A DNA stretch of 64,000 nt from Nannocystales bacterium (GCA_050633305.1 JBOEGF010000047.1:1-64000), one strand, 5' to 3'. Shown: positions 1-10,834, counted from the first letter of the stretch. The notes: generated by a model from the letters alone, not told the origin. Numbers and translations: made by a program.

Positions 1-23
1 TCCTCGACCTCGGCGACGAGAAT

Positions 24-59
24 TGACTTTCTCTCGACGTTACGGACTCAGGACACTAG
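24..59. mobile_element. Possible IS terminal sequence ending ...GGACTCAGGACACTAG
   Basis: GACACTAG end resembles termini of CTAG/TA-targeting IS elements; a minus-strand frame (ILKAQLDQLDTS) stops shortly after it; no transposase visible in the window. Confidence 0.25.
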
Positions 60-124
60 AGGTGTCGAGCTGGTCGAGCTGGGCCTTGAGGATGCGGCGA
101 ACTGATGTTCGGCCGATGCCGAGC

Positions 125-607
125 TCATTCTCCGCCTTCGCAGCGGTAGATGATGTCGTCGTAGATGATGTCGCAGGCCTCGATGGGCCTTCGTGGGTCT
201 CGGCCTTCGCGTCCACCGTCGACCCAGGCCTCCACGTCTTCCACGCTAGGACATGGTTCGTCCGCCGCGGCGGCGAGACAGTCGTTGACGAGCGCGATCT
301 CGTCGGAGGTGAGTTCCTCACACCCGAAGCCTCGGGCCAGATCGTTCTCGCTATCCTCCAGGCACGCCTCGACCGGATAGGGCTGAGCCTCGACGGTGCA
401 CTCGACTTGACAGTCGGACACCGCGACCGGACAGGGGGTGCACGATGCCGAGATCGTTCCACACGCTGCGGTCTTCTCGCATCCGACCTCGGCGACCGTG
501 CGCGCCGCCTCTTCGGGGGTCGCGCCGTCAATGGTGGCCGGGGCGGGTTCCCCTGTGCACCCCACCGCAAACAACAAGACAGCGCCAAGACAACGTAGGT
601 CCTTCAT
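125..607 (-). CDS. Cys-rich lipoprotein, hypothetical
   Basis: MKDLRCLGAVLLFAVGC lipobox-like signal followed by multiple Cys. Confidence 0.7.
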   Translation of the reverse strand: MKDLRCLGAVLLFAVGCTGEPAPATIDGATPEEAARTVAEVGCEKTAACGTISASCTPCPVAVSDCQVECTVEAQPYPVEACLEDSENDLARGFGCEELTSDEIALVNDCLAAAADEPCPSVEDVEAWVDGGREGRDPRRPIEACDIIYDDIIYRCEGGE

Positions 608-864
608 GAGCGTGGTCGTGCCACCCACGGGACAAACGATTAAGTCCCGTCCGTGAGCTGCGTCTCGCGGGTTGCGGGTTGCGGACGAGTGCCCGGGAGA
701 CCGCGTCAGGGTTGGGCACCGTGCAGCAGGAAGGGTGTCCGGGACCGCGTGGTCCTCGAATGGTTCGAGGTCGCAGTCTGTGTTTGTGCACCCGGAATAG
801 GCCCTCCGCGCAACCTCGTGCTCCGGTACACGAAATCGGCGCGGCGGTGGTTTGCAGGACGGAA

Positions 865-1000
865 CTGGCGCGAGACGCTGCGCGAGTGGATGGTCGAGGC
901 GGAGCTCTGGACGCCATGGAAGCAGCAACGTCGAGTGCAGCAGCCTCGGCGGCGACGTCCGTACCGTGGTGAACTCGTGCAGATCGACGGCTCAGAGCAC
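865..1000 (+). pseudogene. Transposase remnant (ISNCY/IS481-like integrase core)
   Basis: RETLREWMVEAELW...QPRRRRPYRGELVQIDGSEH matches the conserved GELVQIDGS.H segment; rest missing. Confidence 0.7.
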
Positions 1001-1950
1001 GGCGGCGTTGCGGTGGCTACGCGACGCGACCGGGAGCGGCTAGCCGAGCGAACCGCAAAACCGCCCGACGAGTGCCCTCAGCTTCGGAGAACCGACAGGG
1101 CGTCAATGAGGAGAAATTCCAGCGTGGTGTTCTCTCGCAGCAGCCCAGCAGAAACGGGGAATCCGGCCGGTAGCAGTCTGCTTCGAACTTGTTTGCAGAG
1201 ATGCCCAAGACCTGACGTTCTCGGCTGGTCGCACCCCGTTGCAGCGGGCACGGCGCCTCCTAGCGCCGGATTCCGCTCCGATGTTCCCCATGCCCGTCAG
1301 CGACGGGCGGCCAACTACGCGAGGTTCCTGCGTCACGCAGCCGGCCGCCCGAACCGGTGGACTGCGGAGCGTTCCGCGCGGTCGGTGGGGCTATTCGCGA
1401 TCGCTGCATCTTAGCGAAGAAACGCTGGCCTTCATTGTCCCAATAAACACTGAGCACATCGTGGATCTGTCGGTCGATGCGCGGCCGCGCGGAGGGGATA
1501 GCCGTTGAGCTTGAGGACAAGCTCGAACCGCCCAGGGTCGTTGACCAGGTCGAGTGATTCGAATTCGCCGAACACAAGACGCTGGAGCGATGCGCTTACC
1601 CCACTGCGCCCAGGGTTTGCGGGCGACTCCCGCGAGCGTGTCGGTCCAGAGGCAAAGGCACTCCCGAATCTCGCACCCCCCGTCGTGCAAGCTGTACGAG
1701 GTGTGTAGGTCACTGGGTCGACAGCAGCGCCCGCACCTCGGAGACGGTCGTCTGTTTCGGGTTCTGCGGATGCCGTTCGAGACGGCGGCATGACGGGTTC
1801 GCTCGGAGCCGTCGGAGTGGCTGGGCATGGCAAGCCGCTCCGACGAGGGGGACCAACAGGCGCCGTGCGGCCATCCTCCTCACCGTACACCGCGGACTCC
1901 GGGAGCCCCGCCGACGGCTCGAAGAGTCAAATTACGAGCCCAGATCGAAT

Positions 1951-1984
1951 TTGACAAGTTTTTCCGTTCGGAACATACCGGACA
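1951..1984 (+). promoter_or_regulatory. Probable -35 box plus imperfect operator palindrome upstream of GbsR-like gene
   Basis: TTGACA at 1951-1956 followed by TTCCG/CGGAA inverted elements. Confidence 0.4.
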
Positions 1985-1990
1985 TGCAGA

Positions 1991-2479
1991 ATGCTTGGTC
2001 GCGAACAACTGGAGCTTCAGGCCCGCGAGGGCATGACCGAAGTCTGTCGGCTCTACGGCATTCCGCCCAGCTTGGGCGCCGCATGGGGCGTGCTCTTTGC
2101 GAGTCCCCACCCGTTGAGCCTTGCCGAGATCGCGTCGTGTGTCGGCGTGGCCAAGAGCACAGCCAGCACCGCACTGCGTCGGCTCGAGCACCTCCGAATG
2201 GTGCGACGAGTTCGTCAGCCTGGCGATCGCAGTGATTCCTACGAGGCCCTCACCGACCCGCAGCAGATGTTGCGCGAGTGGCTGGAGCGCTTCATCAAGC
2301 CGGAGCTCGGCATGGCCGATGGCATGCACCACCGCATGCACGCCAGCCTGCAGCAAGCTTCGGAGGCCGGCGACCTCGATGAGGCCGAGACCGCAGTGCT
2401 GCAAGAGAGGCTCGCTCATCTCGAGTCCGCGACCACGCAGGCCCGCGCGTTGGTCGATGCATTCTTATCGCGCGCCTAA
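1991..2479 (+). CDS. GbsR/MarR-family transcriptional regulator
   Basis: YGIPPSLGAAWGVLFASPHPLSLAEIASCVGVAKSTASTALRRLE winged HTH; PGDRSDSY motif. Confidence 0.85.
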   Translation: MLGREQLELQAREGMTEVCRLYGIPPSLGAAWGVLFASPHPLSLAEIASCVGVAKSTASTALRRLEHLRMVRRVRQPGDRSDSYEALTDPQQMLREWLERFIKPELGMADGMHHRMHASLQQASEAGDLDEAETAVLQERLAHLESATTQARALVDAFLSRA

Positions 2480-2494
2480 CCACAAGAGGTCGGC

Positions 2495-2956
2495 ATGTTC
2501 GACTACCAACAAGCACGCAGCACGATGACCCTCGCCGAGGGTCTGCAGGAGTACTACGACGTTCACGACAACGTGACCCCACCGGAGGAACACCGCCCCG
2601 AAGCCGCGGCGCTGTTCCGCTACCACGACATGGGCCACGTCGTGTTCGGCACCACGACCAACCTGCTCGACGAGGCCCGAACCGACACATGGCTGTTGTT
2701 CGGCTGCGACGTCGGCTTCCGCGGCTACTCCGGCTACTTCAAGCTGCCCGAAGCCAAGGCAGCATTCAACTCCATCGGCTGGATGCCCCTGCTCCGCGAA
2801 GGGTGGCCGATCACCAAGGCCATGTGGAACGTTTGGCGTCGCACCAAAGCGATGCGCAAGCCCTGGCCTTGGAAGCCTGCAGACGCCGCCCTTTCCCGCC
2901 CCCTCGTGGATCTTCGCGAGGAGTGGGGTATCCACGTCGTGACCGGGCCGGCCTGA
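2495..2956 (+). CDS. Coq4-like HDxxH metal-binding protein
   Basis: FRYHDMGHVVFG...DE motif and C-terminal PLVDLREEWGI; directly downstream of regulator with RBS AAGAGG. Confidence 0.65.
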   Translation: MFDYQQARSTMTLAEGLQEYYDVHDNVTPPEEHRPEAAALFRYHDMGHVVFGTTTNLLDEARTDTWLLFGCDVGFRGYSGYFKLPEAKAAFNSIGWMPLLREGWPITKAMWNVWRRTKAMRKPWPWKPADAALSRPLVDLREEWGIHVVTGPA

Positions 2957-2965
2957 GGGGCGCCC

Positions 2966-3637
2966 CTAACGGGGGCCCACCCACCGTCCAAACTTCACGC
3001 CCAACACCCCAGAGAAACCGTCGTAGCTGCTACGCACTGTGGTGTCGAAACCGGTCACCCACGTGTAGTGCACGCCGACATAGGGGCGAACGTGTGGCGA
3101 CGCGCGGGGTGTCCACGACAAGCGAAGCCCCGTGTCGACGAACAAATTCGACGCGTCGGAGTCCCGGTCGCCAAGCAACTCGTTCTCCCACTCACTGACG
3201 CGGCGGTCGTCGGGCACCTTTCGGTCGTCCCCGTGCAGGTAGAACCCGAACCCGGCGAGGCCGACGAGCACCGGAACCTCGAGGCTCAGCGGGACGCGAC
3301 GGAAGTCGTAGTACGGCGCGACAAAGCCACCGATCACGCTCCCGTCGCTCCGCAGCTCGAGTGTCTCCTTGCCTCGATAGGTGCCCCCCTCGGGCACCGC
3401 AACCTTGAACGTCGCGGGGTTGATTGGACCGGGGCGCGCAAACCCGGCCAACCCGAACGAAAGGTGACGCCACAGCGACAAGCCGAGCTGCCAGCCCGGT
3501 CCGTGACTGAGGTGGCCCCCCAAGCCCATGACGCGCCAGTCCGCGCCGACAAACGCCCCGACCTTGGGCTCGTGCTTGGGTGAGGAGGGAGCATTCGACG
3601 CAGCCAACGTCATACAGATGATGAGTGATGCAAGCAT
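2966..3637 (-). CDS. Exported/outer-membrane beta-barrel-like protein
   Basis: Signal peptide, alternating beta strands, terminal GVLGVKFG; RBS GGAGGAG. Confidence 0.7.
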   Translation of the reverse strand: MLASLIICMTLAASNAPSSPKHEPKVGAFVGADWRVMGLGGHLSHGPGWQLGLSLWRHLSFGLAGFARPGPINPATFKVAVPEGGTYRGKETLELRSDGSVIGGFVAPYYDFRRVPLSLEVPVLVGLAGFGFYLHGDDRKVPDDRRVSEWENELLGDRDSDASNLFVDTGLRLSWTPRASPHVRPYVGVHYTWVTGFDTTVRSSYDGFSGVLGVKFGRWVGPR

Positions 3638-3655
3638 GAGTTCTCCTCCCGGCGA

Positions 3656-4372
3656 TCAGTACGCCGTCCAGTCCGCCGCGTTCATTCCCCAGTGAAGCCG
3701 AATCCCGGCGGTTCCTCGAATGAGGAACTTCCCCGCGTCACCGTCCGAGCCGAACAGCCCTCCGGCATCGACAGCGGCATACACGTTGAGCCGAGGCGTC
3801 ACCGTCACGACCGGCCCGGTCGTCAACAACGTCCCGATCTCACTGACATCGGTGATCGGGTCGACCTGAACCGCGAGCGGCGTGTCGACACCGAGCACCC
3901 AGGTCAAGCGGCGAGACACGTGCAAGTAGGCGAACACGCCAGTGTCCAACGTTGCGGCCACAGAGCGATCGGGACCGAAGCCCGGGTCCCCCGCGAGCCC
4001 AACCCGAACGCCGGGTGCAACGAGAACCGCCATCGTCAACGTCCCGGATCGAAGCACGGGGATGAAGACCGGAACGCGGGCGTTCACAAAGCCGTTGCGC
4101 TCCGTCGCATAGCCCCCGAGCACCGCCTCCGGGTCGTAGAGCCCCTCGACTTCGAGTCCGATGCCCACCCCTCGGCGGAGGCGCGCTCGGTAGCCGAACT
4201 TGGCTCCGAACCCAAGCGCGCTCGCCCGAGCCGAAACAGTCGCAGCGTGCGCAACTTCGTCCGGCAAACCGTCGTTAGACCGATGTTCTCGCTCCGCCGC
4301 CGCTGCAGTTCGCCCCCCCAGCAGGCCGAAGAGCACCACGCTGGCCCCCCAAAGCACCGTATTCGGTCTCAT
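3656..4372 (-). CDS. Exported/outer-membrane beta-barrel-like protein
   Basis: Signal peptide (AAAA), amphipathic strands, GTAGIRLHW end; divergent from LysR. Confidence 0.7.
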   Translation of the reverse strand: MRPNTVLWGASVVLFGLLGGRTAAAAEREHRSNDGLPDEVAHAATVSARASALGFGAKFGYRARLRRGVGIGLEVEGLYDPEAVLGGYATERNGFVNARVPVFIPVLRSGTLTMAVLVAPGVRVGLAGDPGFGPDRSVAATLDTGVFAYLHVSRRLTWVLGVDTPLAVQVDPITDVSEIGTLLTTGPVVTVTPRLNVYAAVDAGGLFGSDGDAGKFLIRGTAGIRLHWGMNAADWTAY

Positions 4373-4443
4373 GCCGTCAGCCTATACGCAGCGAAACATT
4401 CCACCAGTGCATGCTCCTCATACGATCCATAACCATTCATAAT

Positions 4444-5352
4444 ATGCGCGTGCCCACCCTTGCGGCCCTCGACCTGAACCTGCTCCACGCCTTTGCGGTC
4501 ATGATGGAGGAGCGCAGCGTGACCGCAGCCGCCAAACATCTCGGCGTCACTCAGCCCGCGATGTCCCACAAGCTGCGGCGCCTCCGAGACGCGCTGGGCG
4601 ACGAGCTGTTCGTGACCGCAGGCAAGCAGTGGGTCCCCACCGAACGTGCCGCCGCGATGGCCCAGCCGCTGCGTCAGGCGATGGCCGGCCTCGCGGACCT
4701 CATCGCGGACGAGGCCCCCTTCGACGCCGATGTTGCGGAACACGAATTCGTCATCGCGGCGGCGGACCTGTTCGAGTTCTCCGCACTACCGGGCGTCCTC
4801 GACTTCATCAGCAACGAGGCGCCGGGGATCCGGCTCGCCGTTGCCTCCGCCCGCCAGGACACCCTCGTCGGAATGCGCCAAGGAAAGATCCACTTCGCGT
4901 TCGGCCCAGGATTCGACGCGGCCCCCGGGCTTCGCCAGACAAAACTCGGCGAGGAACCGTTTGTCGTCATCGGGCGCAAGCGTCACCCTGCGTTTCGCGG
5001 CGGATTGACGCTGGAGCGCTACCTCGATGCGGAGCACATGCTCATTGCCCCCGAAGGACGGCCAGGAGGCGTCGTCGACAACCTCCTGGCCAAACGCGGC
5101 CTTGCCCGCAATGTCGTCTACCGAGGCGGCTACTTCGCCACGGCCCCATTCCTCGTAGCCAGGAGCGACATGTTGCTGACCGCCCCCAAGTCTCTGGCCA
5201 CCGCCGCTGCCGAATATCTCGAGATCTCGACGCGGCCCGTGCCGTTTCCGATCGGCATGACGTCCGCGGTGATGGCGTGGCACGAACGCTTCGATCGCGA
5301 ACCGGCACATCGATGGTTTCGCGAGACGGCCCGCCGCATCTTCCGCTTCTGA
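4444..5352 (+). CDS. LysR-family transcriptional regulator
   Basis: LDLNLLHAF...SVTAAAKHLGVTQPAMSHKLRRLR HTH; C-terminal WHERFDREPAHRWFRE. Confidence 0.95.
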   Translation: MRVPTLAALDLNLLHAFAVMMEERSVTAAAKHLGVTQPAMSHKLRRLRDALGDELFVTAGKQWVPTERAAAMAQPLRQAMAGLADLIADEAPFDADVAEHEFVIAAADLFEFSALPGVLDFISNEAPGIRLAVASARQDTLVGMRQGKIHFAFGPGFDAAPGLRQTKLGEEPFVVIGRKRHPAFRGGLTLERYLDAEHMLIAPEGRPGGVVDNLLAKRGLARNVVYRGGYFATAPFLVARSDMLLTAPKSLATAAAEYLEISTRPVPFPIGMTSAVMAWHERFDREPAHRWFRETARRIFRF

Positions 5353-5487
5353 CGACGCGGCCGGGCCCAAGGGCTCCGCTACAAGCTGCGAAGCTGGTCG
5401 ATCAGGGGCTGCGAGATGGAGAACTCGTACTCCTTCTTTCCCTTCTTGTTGATGCGGCCGGTCGAAATAGTTGTCGCTGATCACACA

Positions 5488-6375
5488 CTACAAGAACCTA
5501 CCCCGCGGCAAACGCCCAGGACTGGAGAGATCTTCGAGGAGATGGGGTGCGCGGACGCGGATGTCAAAGGAACTCCGCGTCCGAACGACTGTACGGGGTA
5601 GCTTGAGCTCCGACTTCAGGAGTTGTGCGAAGCATCGCGCAACCGACTCGCTAGCTGCCCTTTCCACCACCGTGGACACGAGTCCCTCCTGACCAGAGGG
5701 GTGGGTTACCCGCTCAATCGTCCCATCCTTGTTCATCTCAAGGTGGAGCACAGCCTCGACAACCTCGTTGGGGTTGTCGAGGCATTGGCTCGTTGTGAGC
5801 ATTGTCGACTCAAGTACTAGGAGGCCGCGCATCCCTTCGTGCTCTTCCATGTCTCCCGCAGGGGCGAGTCCGGCCACATAGAGTTGTTCTGAGAAGGCTG
5901 CGCCTCCAAGACCCTCGGCGTCGTGCTGCGACGGGAGTAGGGCGTCCTCGTAGTAGTCGAAGTGGGTCAGCTTGTCGAGGGCGCACAGTCCGACGGGTTG
6001 GTCGACGGCCTCCCGGCACAGGTCCCCGCATTCATGTGCAAATGCCTTGCTCGTGGCCGCTTGCTGCGTATTCCAGTCCGAGGAGGCTTCTCGCCCGACC
6101 TGGGAGGCCTTCCTGTCGCACGCCAGGAGAGGCTGTAGAGCCTCGACGCACGCTTCGCCGAGGCACCACCGCGAACAATCCACATCGTCGCAGGCGGCCA
6201 AACAGGCATCCGCTTCGTGCCCCACACACGGGGGCGGTGTTGTTCGCGCCGGGGCTACGGCAGCCGACCGGGGGAGGAGTCGTGCTTTTGGGCCTTCGCT
6301 GGGAGCTGCCGCCGCACAAGCTAGGCTAAACGTCGCTCCCGCAATGAAGTAGCGGAGAGACTCGGGTCCAGACAT
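5488..6375 (-). CDS. Hypothetical exported Cys-rich protein
   Basis: Signal-like N-terminus, Cys repeats, coding-like composition. Confidence 0.55.
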   Translation of the reverse strand: MSGPESLRYFIAGATFSLACAAAAPSEGPKARLLPRSAAVAPARTTPPPCVGHEADACLAACDDVDCSRWCLGEACVEALQPLLACDRKASQVGREASSDWNTQQAATSKAFAHECGDLCREAVDQPVGLCALDKLTHFDYYEDALLPSQHDAEGLGGAAFSEQLYVAGLAPAGDMEEHEGMRGLLVLESTMLTTSQCLDNPNEVVEAVLHLEMNKDGTIERVTHPSGQEGLVSTVVERAASESVARCFAQLLKSELKLPRTVVRTRSSFDIRVRAPHLLEDLSSPGRLPRGRFL

Positions 6376-6914
6376 ATGCCGAGAGTAGGCTTTTTCTTGG
6401 CGCCATGCCGCCGCACCGTGGTGCCCACCCTGTTGCTGCTAGTCGAGCTGTTCCGAGATGACCAAGGGCGATGGTTCCCGGTCACCTTCCGGCAAGACGG
6501 TGGGGTGCCGGTCTACACCGTGGCGCTTGAGGTGGACGCCGCCGGCATCGTCGGTGTTGTCGACGGCAGTACGCGAGTCAGAGGGACTTCATCGGCATCA
6601 GCTAGGTGTTGTTCTGAGATGGCGTGCTTTCAGGCTCAGTCGGCCGTGATCTGGTGGAGCCTAGCAGCCTGTGGTGAGCGGTCTTCGATGCTTCGTAGCC
6701 GAACTCCGGGGCCAAGCCAGCGGCGCCACGCCTCCTCCATGCCCGCTCCCCAAACCGCGTGCATCGTGGTCGGACAGCGCGGCCCCGGACAGGACCTTGC
6801 TGCCGCCATCGAAGCCCGGGAACGGCTTTGGTGTGGGACACTCGCTGGCCCTCCGCGATCCGGCCCGCAACGTCTCTGGGACCGGGTTCGAGGTGTGGGC
6901 GACCCCGGAACGGA

Positions 6915-7860
6915 TCACCTCGGAGCGCACAACTGACTGACCTCGCCCAGCCAGACTTCGCCGTGCAAGGTGAGCGTATCGGTGGCGAGCCGCGAACCAT
7001 CCCGTGACGGCTCGACGCCGAAAATCCAGCTGGATTCGTGCTGCCGCACGATTCGCGGCTCTTCGCCAGGTCGATAGTGCATGAGTTTGTACGGTGTCGA
7101 GTCCGCACCCTCGAGTGTCATGCCCGTGAGCCAGTATCCATCTTCTGCTTCGCGGACCGACTGAACGACGATTGGGCCATCAGATTCGAGATGAGTGCGC
7201 AGCAGTGCCCCGGTTCGGGCGTCGAACTCCCCAAGCCGGCGCTGCTGGGTATCGATCATGAGGAGACGAGAGCCGTCGCGGGAGTACGACCAACGACCTC
7301 GACTGACGTGCGCCCACGCCTTCGGGCACGGAAATCGCGGCCGAACGTCGCCCATCGTGAGATCCACTTCGAAGAACTCCTGGCCTTCGCCTGCGTCGTA
7401 CGTCATCAGATAGTCATCGGGACGAATGCAGTCCAAGGGGGAGCGCCAGGACCCACTGCGCTCGGCGACTGCAGGGAGTTCCCGCGCGGTGGTCTCGCCA
7501 TCGGGGAGCCAGTGGACGGTAACCGGCTCGGCCTTCGCTGCGTACACCAGGCCGCCGGCACCATCGTTCTTCGGCCCACGCGACGGCCTCCTCGACGATC
7601 AGGATCACCTCGCTCGCTCCATCCTCGAGACGAATGAGAGTCGGACGAAGGAACCGTTTCGTCACGACGGCCAAGCTCTGATCGGACAACCAGACCGGGT
7701 CCCGATCACCACCATCCCAGTCCGACGATACCGAACGCTCCACCCATTCGCCCCAATCCGCCGCATCACCAGTGTTCGTGTATCCGTGTATCTGTCACGG
7801 ACATCCAATACGAATACATCCTCGCCCGCGTTCGACGGAGACGACCTTGACATCCTGGCC
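6915..7860 (-). pseudogene. Frameshifted TolB/WD40-like beta-propeller gene
   Basis: Three consecutive frames (EDVFVLDVRD; GGDRDPVWLSD; VHWLPDG...SYSRDGSRL...PSRDGSRL) each carry propeller repeats. Confidence 0.5.
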
Positions 7861-7893
7861 TGGGCTCGAGCGTTGCGCAGCGGTGAGTGACCG

Positions 7894-9174
7894 CTACGGT
7901 TCGAGGGGCGAAAGCGCGACGTCGTCGGTGACGCGCTCGATCACTCCGTAGCCGGCCCAGAGTTCGGCGGGCCCCTCGATAATCTCGATGCCCGGCAAGC
8001 CCATCACCACCGTCTCGAGCGGAACGTCGGCGACCACGCTCATCCTCGCCCATTCGCCGTTGGCCTCCAGCATGAACGGTTCGGTCCGGTACGTGGTTGG
8101 GACATCGTCGACGAGCAACACGAGACTCAGCCGGGCTTGCACAGCGGTGTCGCCGGCTCGCAGCGGTACGGACCATCGCAGGCGATTGCCCGCTTGCTGG
8201 CCTCCCCACAAGAACGCCCCGCTAAACGTTGCCGACGTGGCCGTCTCGACATGGAGTGTCGGCGCGCCGTCGAACGTCATCTCTTCGTCGCGGCCGTAGG
8301 TGATCCCAGGGCCGGCGGCCGCCCAGGTATCAGGGCGATTGTAGTGGATGATCTCCTCGACGAACGCGTCGGTCGGCCCCCCACAGCTGGCGGCTTCCCG
8401 CGGAACACGGCGGTTCGGTGACGTGGTCGGGACATCTTCGCTGACGACTTCGAAGGTGGGATTGCTGACGACGATGGTTCCGGGACCCGTGAGAAGCGAG
8501 CCGAACACGATGGACGTGGCCTCCTCGGGGACGTCGACGACGATTTCGTACGTTTGCCAGTCGCGTGAAGTCCCGTACCGGGGACGCGCACTGCCGTTGT
8601 CCAGGTTGAACGACCCGCCAGGGCCATCAATGCGCAGCCACAGCCCGGCGTGATTCTCCACCTCCGAGAGCGCAACCTCAGAGCGAATACGGAGTCGCCT
8701 GCCCCGTGCCATCTCGGCTGAGAGCGTCTCGGTCGTGGCTCCGAATGCCCCCACGGCCACCTCGCCGACATCGGTCGTCAGTCCGAGTGCGGGTTGACCC
8801 GGCACCGGCGATTCATCGGTCGTGTATGAGTAGTACACGTCTGAGAATCCGGCCTCGGCCCAGTCGAGCACGTTCGACTCGGCCACGAACTCGAGGACCT
8901 CCGAACCGTCGTCGGGCCACTGCGCGCAAGGCGTGGGCTCCTCAGGAACATCGGGGGGGATGTCGGGCTCGTCCGTCGTCTCGCCCCCAGACGTATCTGG
9001 GTCGAAGCCGGAGGTGCCCGACGTCGATCCCGTGCTGAGCACAGGATCGTCACTACCGGAGCCCGTCGATGCTTCGGTTTGGCCCGCCGGGCCCCCCTCG
9101 AGCTCAACCGATGGCCCGCAGCCGAGCACGGCGATGCTGAGGAAGAATGCGACACGAAAGGCTGCGGTGGGCAC
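7894..9174 (-). CDS. Lipoprotein with two tandem beta-sandwich (carbohydrate-binding-like) domains
   Basis: Lipobox IAVLGC, S/T/G linker, RGRRLRIRSEV..AGLWLRIDG..DWQTYEIVVDVPEEATSIVFG and a second degenerate copy. Confidence 0.7.
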   Translation of the reverse strand: MPTAAFRVAFFLSIAVLGCGPSVELEGGPAGQTEASTGSGSDDPVLSTGSTSGTSGFDPDTSGGETTDEPDIPPDVPEEPTPCAQWPDDGSEVLEFVAESNVLDWAEAGFSDVYYSYTTDESPVPGQPALGLTTDVGEVAVGAFGATTETLSAEMARGRRLRIRSEVALSEVENHAGLWLRIDGPGGSFNLDNGSARPRYGTSRDWQTYEIVVDVPEEATSIVFGSLLTGPGTIVVSNPTFEVVSEDVPTTSPNRRVPREAASCGGPTDAFVEEIIHYNRPDTWAAAGPGITYGRDEEMTFDGAPTLHVETATSATFSGAFLWGGQQAGNRLRWSVPLRAGDTAVQARLSLVLLVDDVPTTYRTEPFMLEANGEWARMSVVADVPLETVVMGLPGIEIIEGPAELWAGYGVIERVTDDVALSPLEP

Positions 9175-9268
9175 GTGACCGGAGTACCGAGCGTCGGCCT
9201 TTTCGATTGCGCGGGCGGGACGCGTCCTTCGTGAGACAACGCATGCCGTCAACAAAGTCTCGACCTCA

Positions 9269-9895
9269 GGCCAAGACCCCGAATACCTGGACAAGGACTT
9301 CGGCGGCATCCTCATCGTCTGGGACCGCATGTTCGGCACATTCGCCGAGGAGCGTCGGCAACCCACCTACGGCACCGTCAAGGCGTCCCGTTGGGCAAAG
9401 GCCGTACCCCAACTCAGCCCCCACGCCCGCAAGACTCGCGCGATCCAAGGCCTCGTCCATACCCAAGACGCCACCTGGCTCACCACCGAAGACCGCGGCG
9501 TCGTAGGTGTCGCGAGCAACGGAGACACGACGCGCTTTGATCTGGCCGCCGGTCTGCCCGCGAGCTGGTTTCTCGCGCCCGCGGCGGATGAGCAAGGACG
9601 GATCTTCCCCGGGTCCCTCCGCAACGGAGTCACCACTCCCGAGCCCGACGGCAGCCATCGCCTGGTGGAAGGGCTCCCCATATGGCTGGATCTTCGACGT
9701 CAGCAGGGTCGGCGACACACCATATTCGTCGGCACCCACAACGGCGCCGCTGCCATCCAAGGCGGTCGAATCACAACCCTCCCCGACCTCCCCCACCCCA
9801 ACGTCTACGGCTTCGGCGAGCATCGGGGCCCGCTCTGGATCGCGACCGAAGGCGGCCTCGCGGTCTACGACAACGGCGTCCCCGCCTTTGAATGA
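9269..9895 (+). pseudogene. Chimeric remnant: sterol desaturase-family C-terminus fused to sensor beta-propeller fragment
   Basis: PEYLDKDFGGILIVWDRMFGTFAEE then GLPASW...GRI..., IFVGTHNG, LPHPNV...GPLWIATEGGLAVYD. Confidence 0.6.
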
Positions 9896-9922
9896 GAAGT
9901 GTTCGATTGCTACGTTCTTGAC

Positions 9923-10834
9923 ATGGCCGCGAACACTCATGCCGAACGCCTCGCGCTCGCGAGCGTAGCGCTTGAGGGACTGGCTGTTGGGGACGCCTTT
10001 GGCGAGCAGTTCTTCGTTTTTCCAGCCGAAGCCGTGCTCATCATCGAACAGCGGTCCTTTCCAAAGCCCCCGTGGCCGTGGACCGACGATACGGCGATGG
10101 CGCTTTCGGTGGTTGAGGTCCTGGCCGGGTGCCAGGGCATCGACTCGGACGCTCTTGCAACGGCGTTTGCGCGTCGCTACCAGGCAGAACCCGACCGCGG
10201 ATACGGACCCGGTGCGCACCGCATTCTGCAGTCGATCGCCGAAGGCGTCCCGTGGCAAGAGGCGGCTTCGAGCGCGTTTGGTGGCCAAGGTTCGTTCGGC
10301 AACGGCGCTGCGATGCGTGCAGCACCGATCGGTGCGTACTTCTGGGATGACGACCACGCTGTCGTGGAGAATGCCGGGCGGTCGGCCGCACCAACCCATG
10401 CCCACCCAGAGGGCCAAGCTGGAGCGATCGCGGTGGCCGTGGCAGCTGCGACCGCAGCTCGTATCGCTCGTGGTGAATGCGCGGACAACCGAGCGTTGCT
10501 CTTCGAACGAGTCGCCATGCTTTGCCCGCCAGGCGTGACACGGGACCGCATCATCGAGGCACAGACCATGGCGGATAGCGATGATGCCCACCGTGTTGCA
10601 GCGATGGTCGGCAACGGCGAGGGTGCTGCGGCTCAGGACACCGTGCCGTTCTCCATCTGGTGTGCCGCACGACGACTCGACAACTTCGAAGAAGCGATGT
10701 GGACGACGGTGTCCGCGCTCGGCGATCGAGATACGACCTGCGCCATCGTCGGCGGGATCGTGGCTGCGCGTGTAGGGCGAGAAGGTCTACCCGCGAGGTT
10801 CCTCAAAGCTCGTGAGAGGCTGCCGAGCTCGTAA
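9923..10834 (+). CDS. ADP-ribosylglycohydrolase (DraG/Tri1 family)
   Basis: GLAVGDAFG, WTDDTAMA, GSFGNGAAMR, THAHPE, GDRDTTCAIVG motifs all intact. Confidence 0.95.
   Translation: MAANTHAERLALASVALEGLAVGDAFGEQFFVFPAEAVLIIEQRSFPKPPWPWTDDTAMALSVVEVLAGCQGIDSDALATAFARRYQAEPDRGYGPGAHRILQSIAEGVPWQEAASSAFGGQGSFGNGAAMRAAPIGAYFWDDDHAVVENAGRSAAPTHAHPEGQAGAIAVAVAAATAARIARGECADNRALLFERVAMLCPPGVTRDRIIEAQTMADSDDAHRVAAMVGNGEGAAAQDTVPFSIWCAARRLDNFEEAMWTTVSALGDRDTTCAIVGGIVAARVGREGLPARFLKARERLPSS

Noticed and set aside
1260..1890. Possible protein fragments on the minus strand (LVFGEFESLDLVND..., VLSVYWDNEG)
   Set aside because: No recognisable family or clear start; not supportable as a feature
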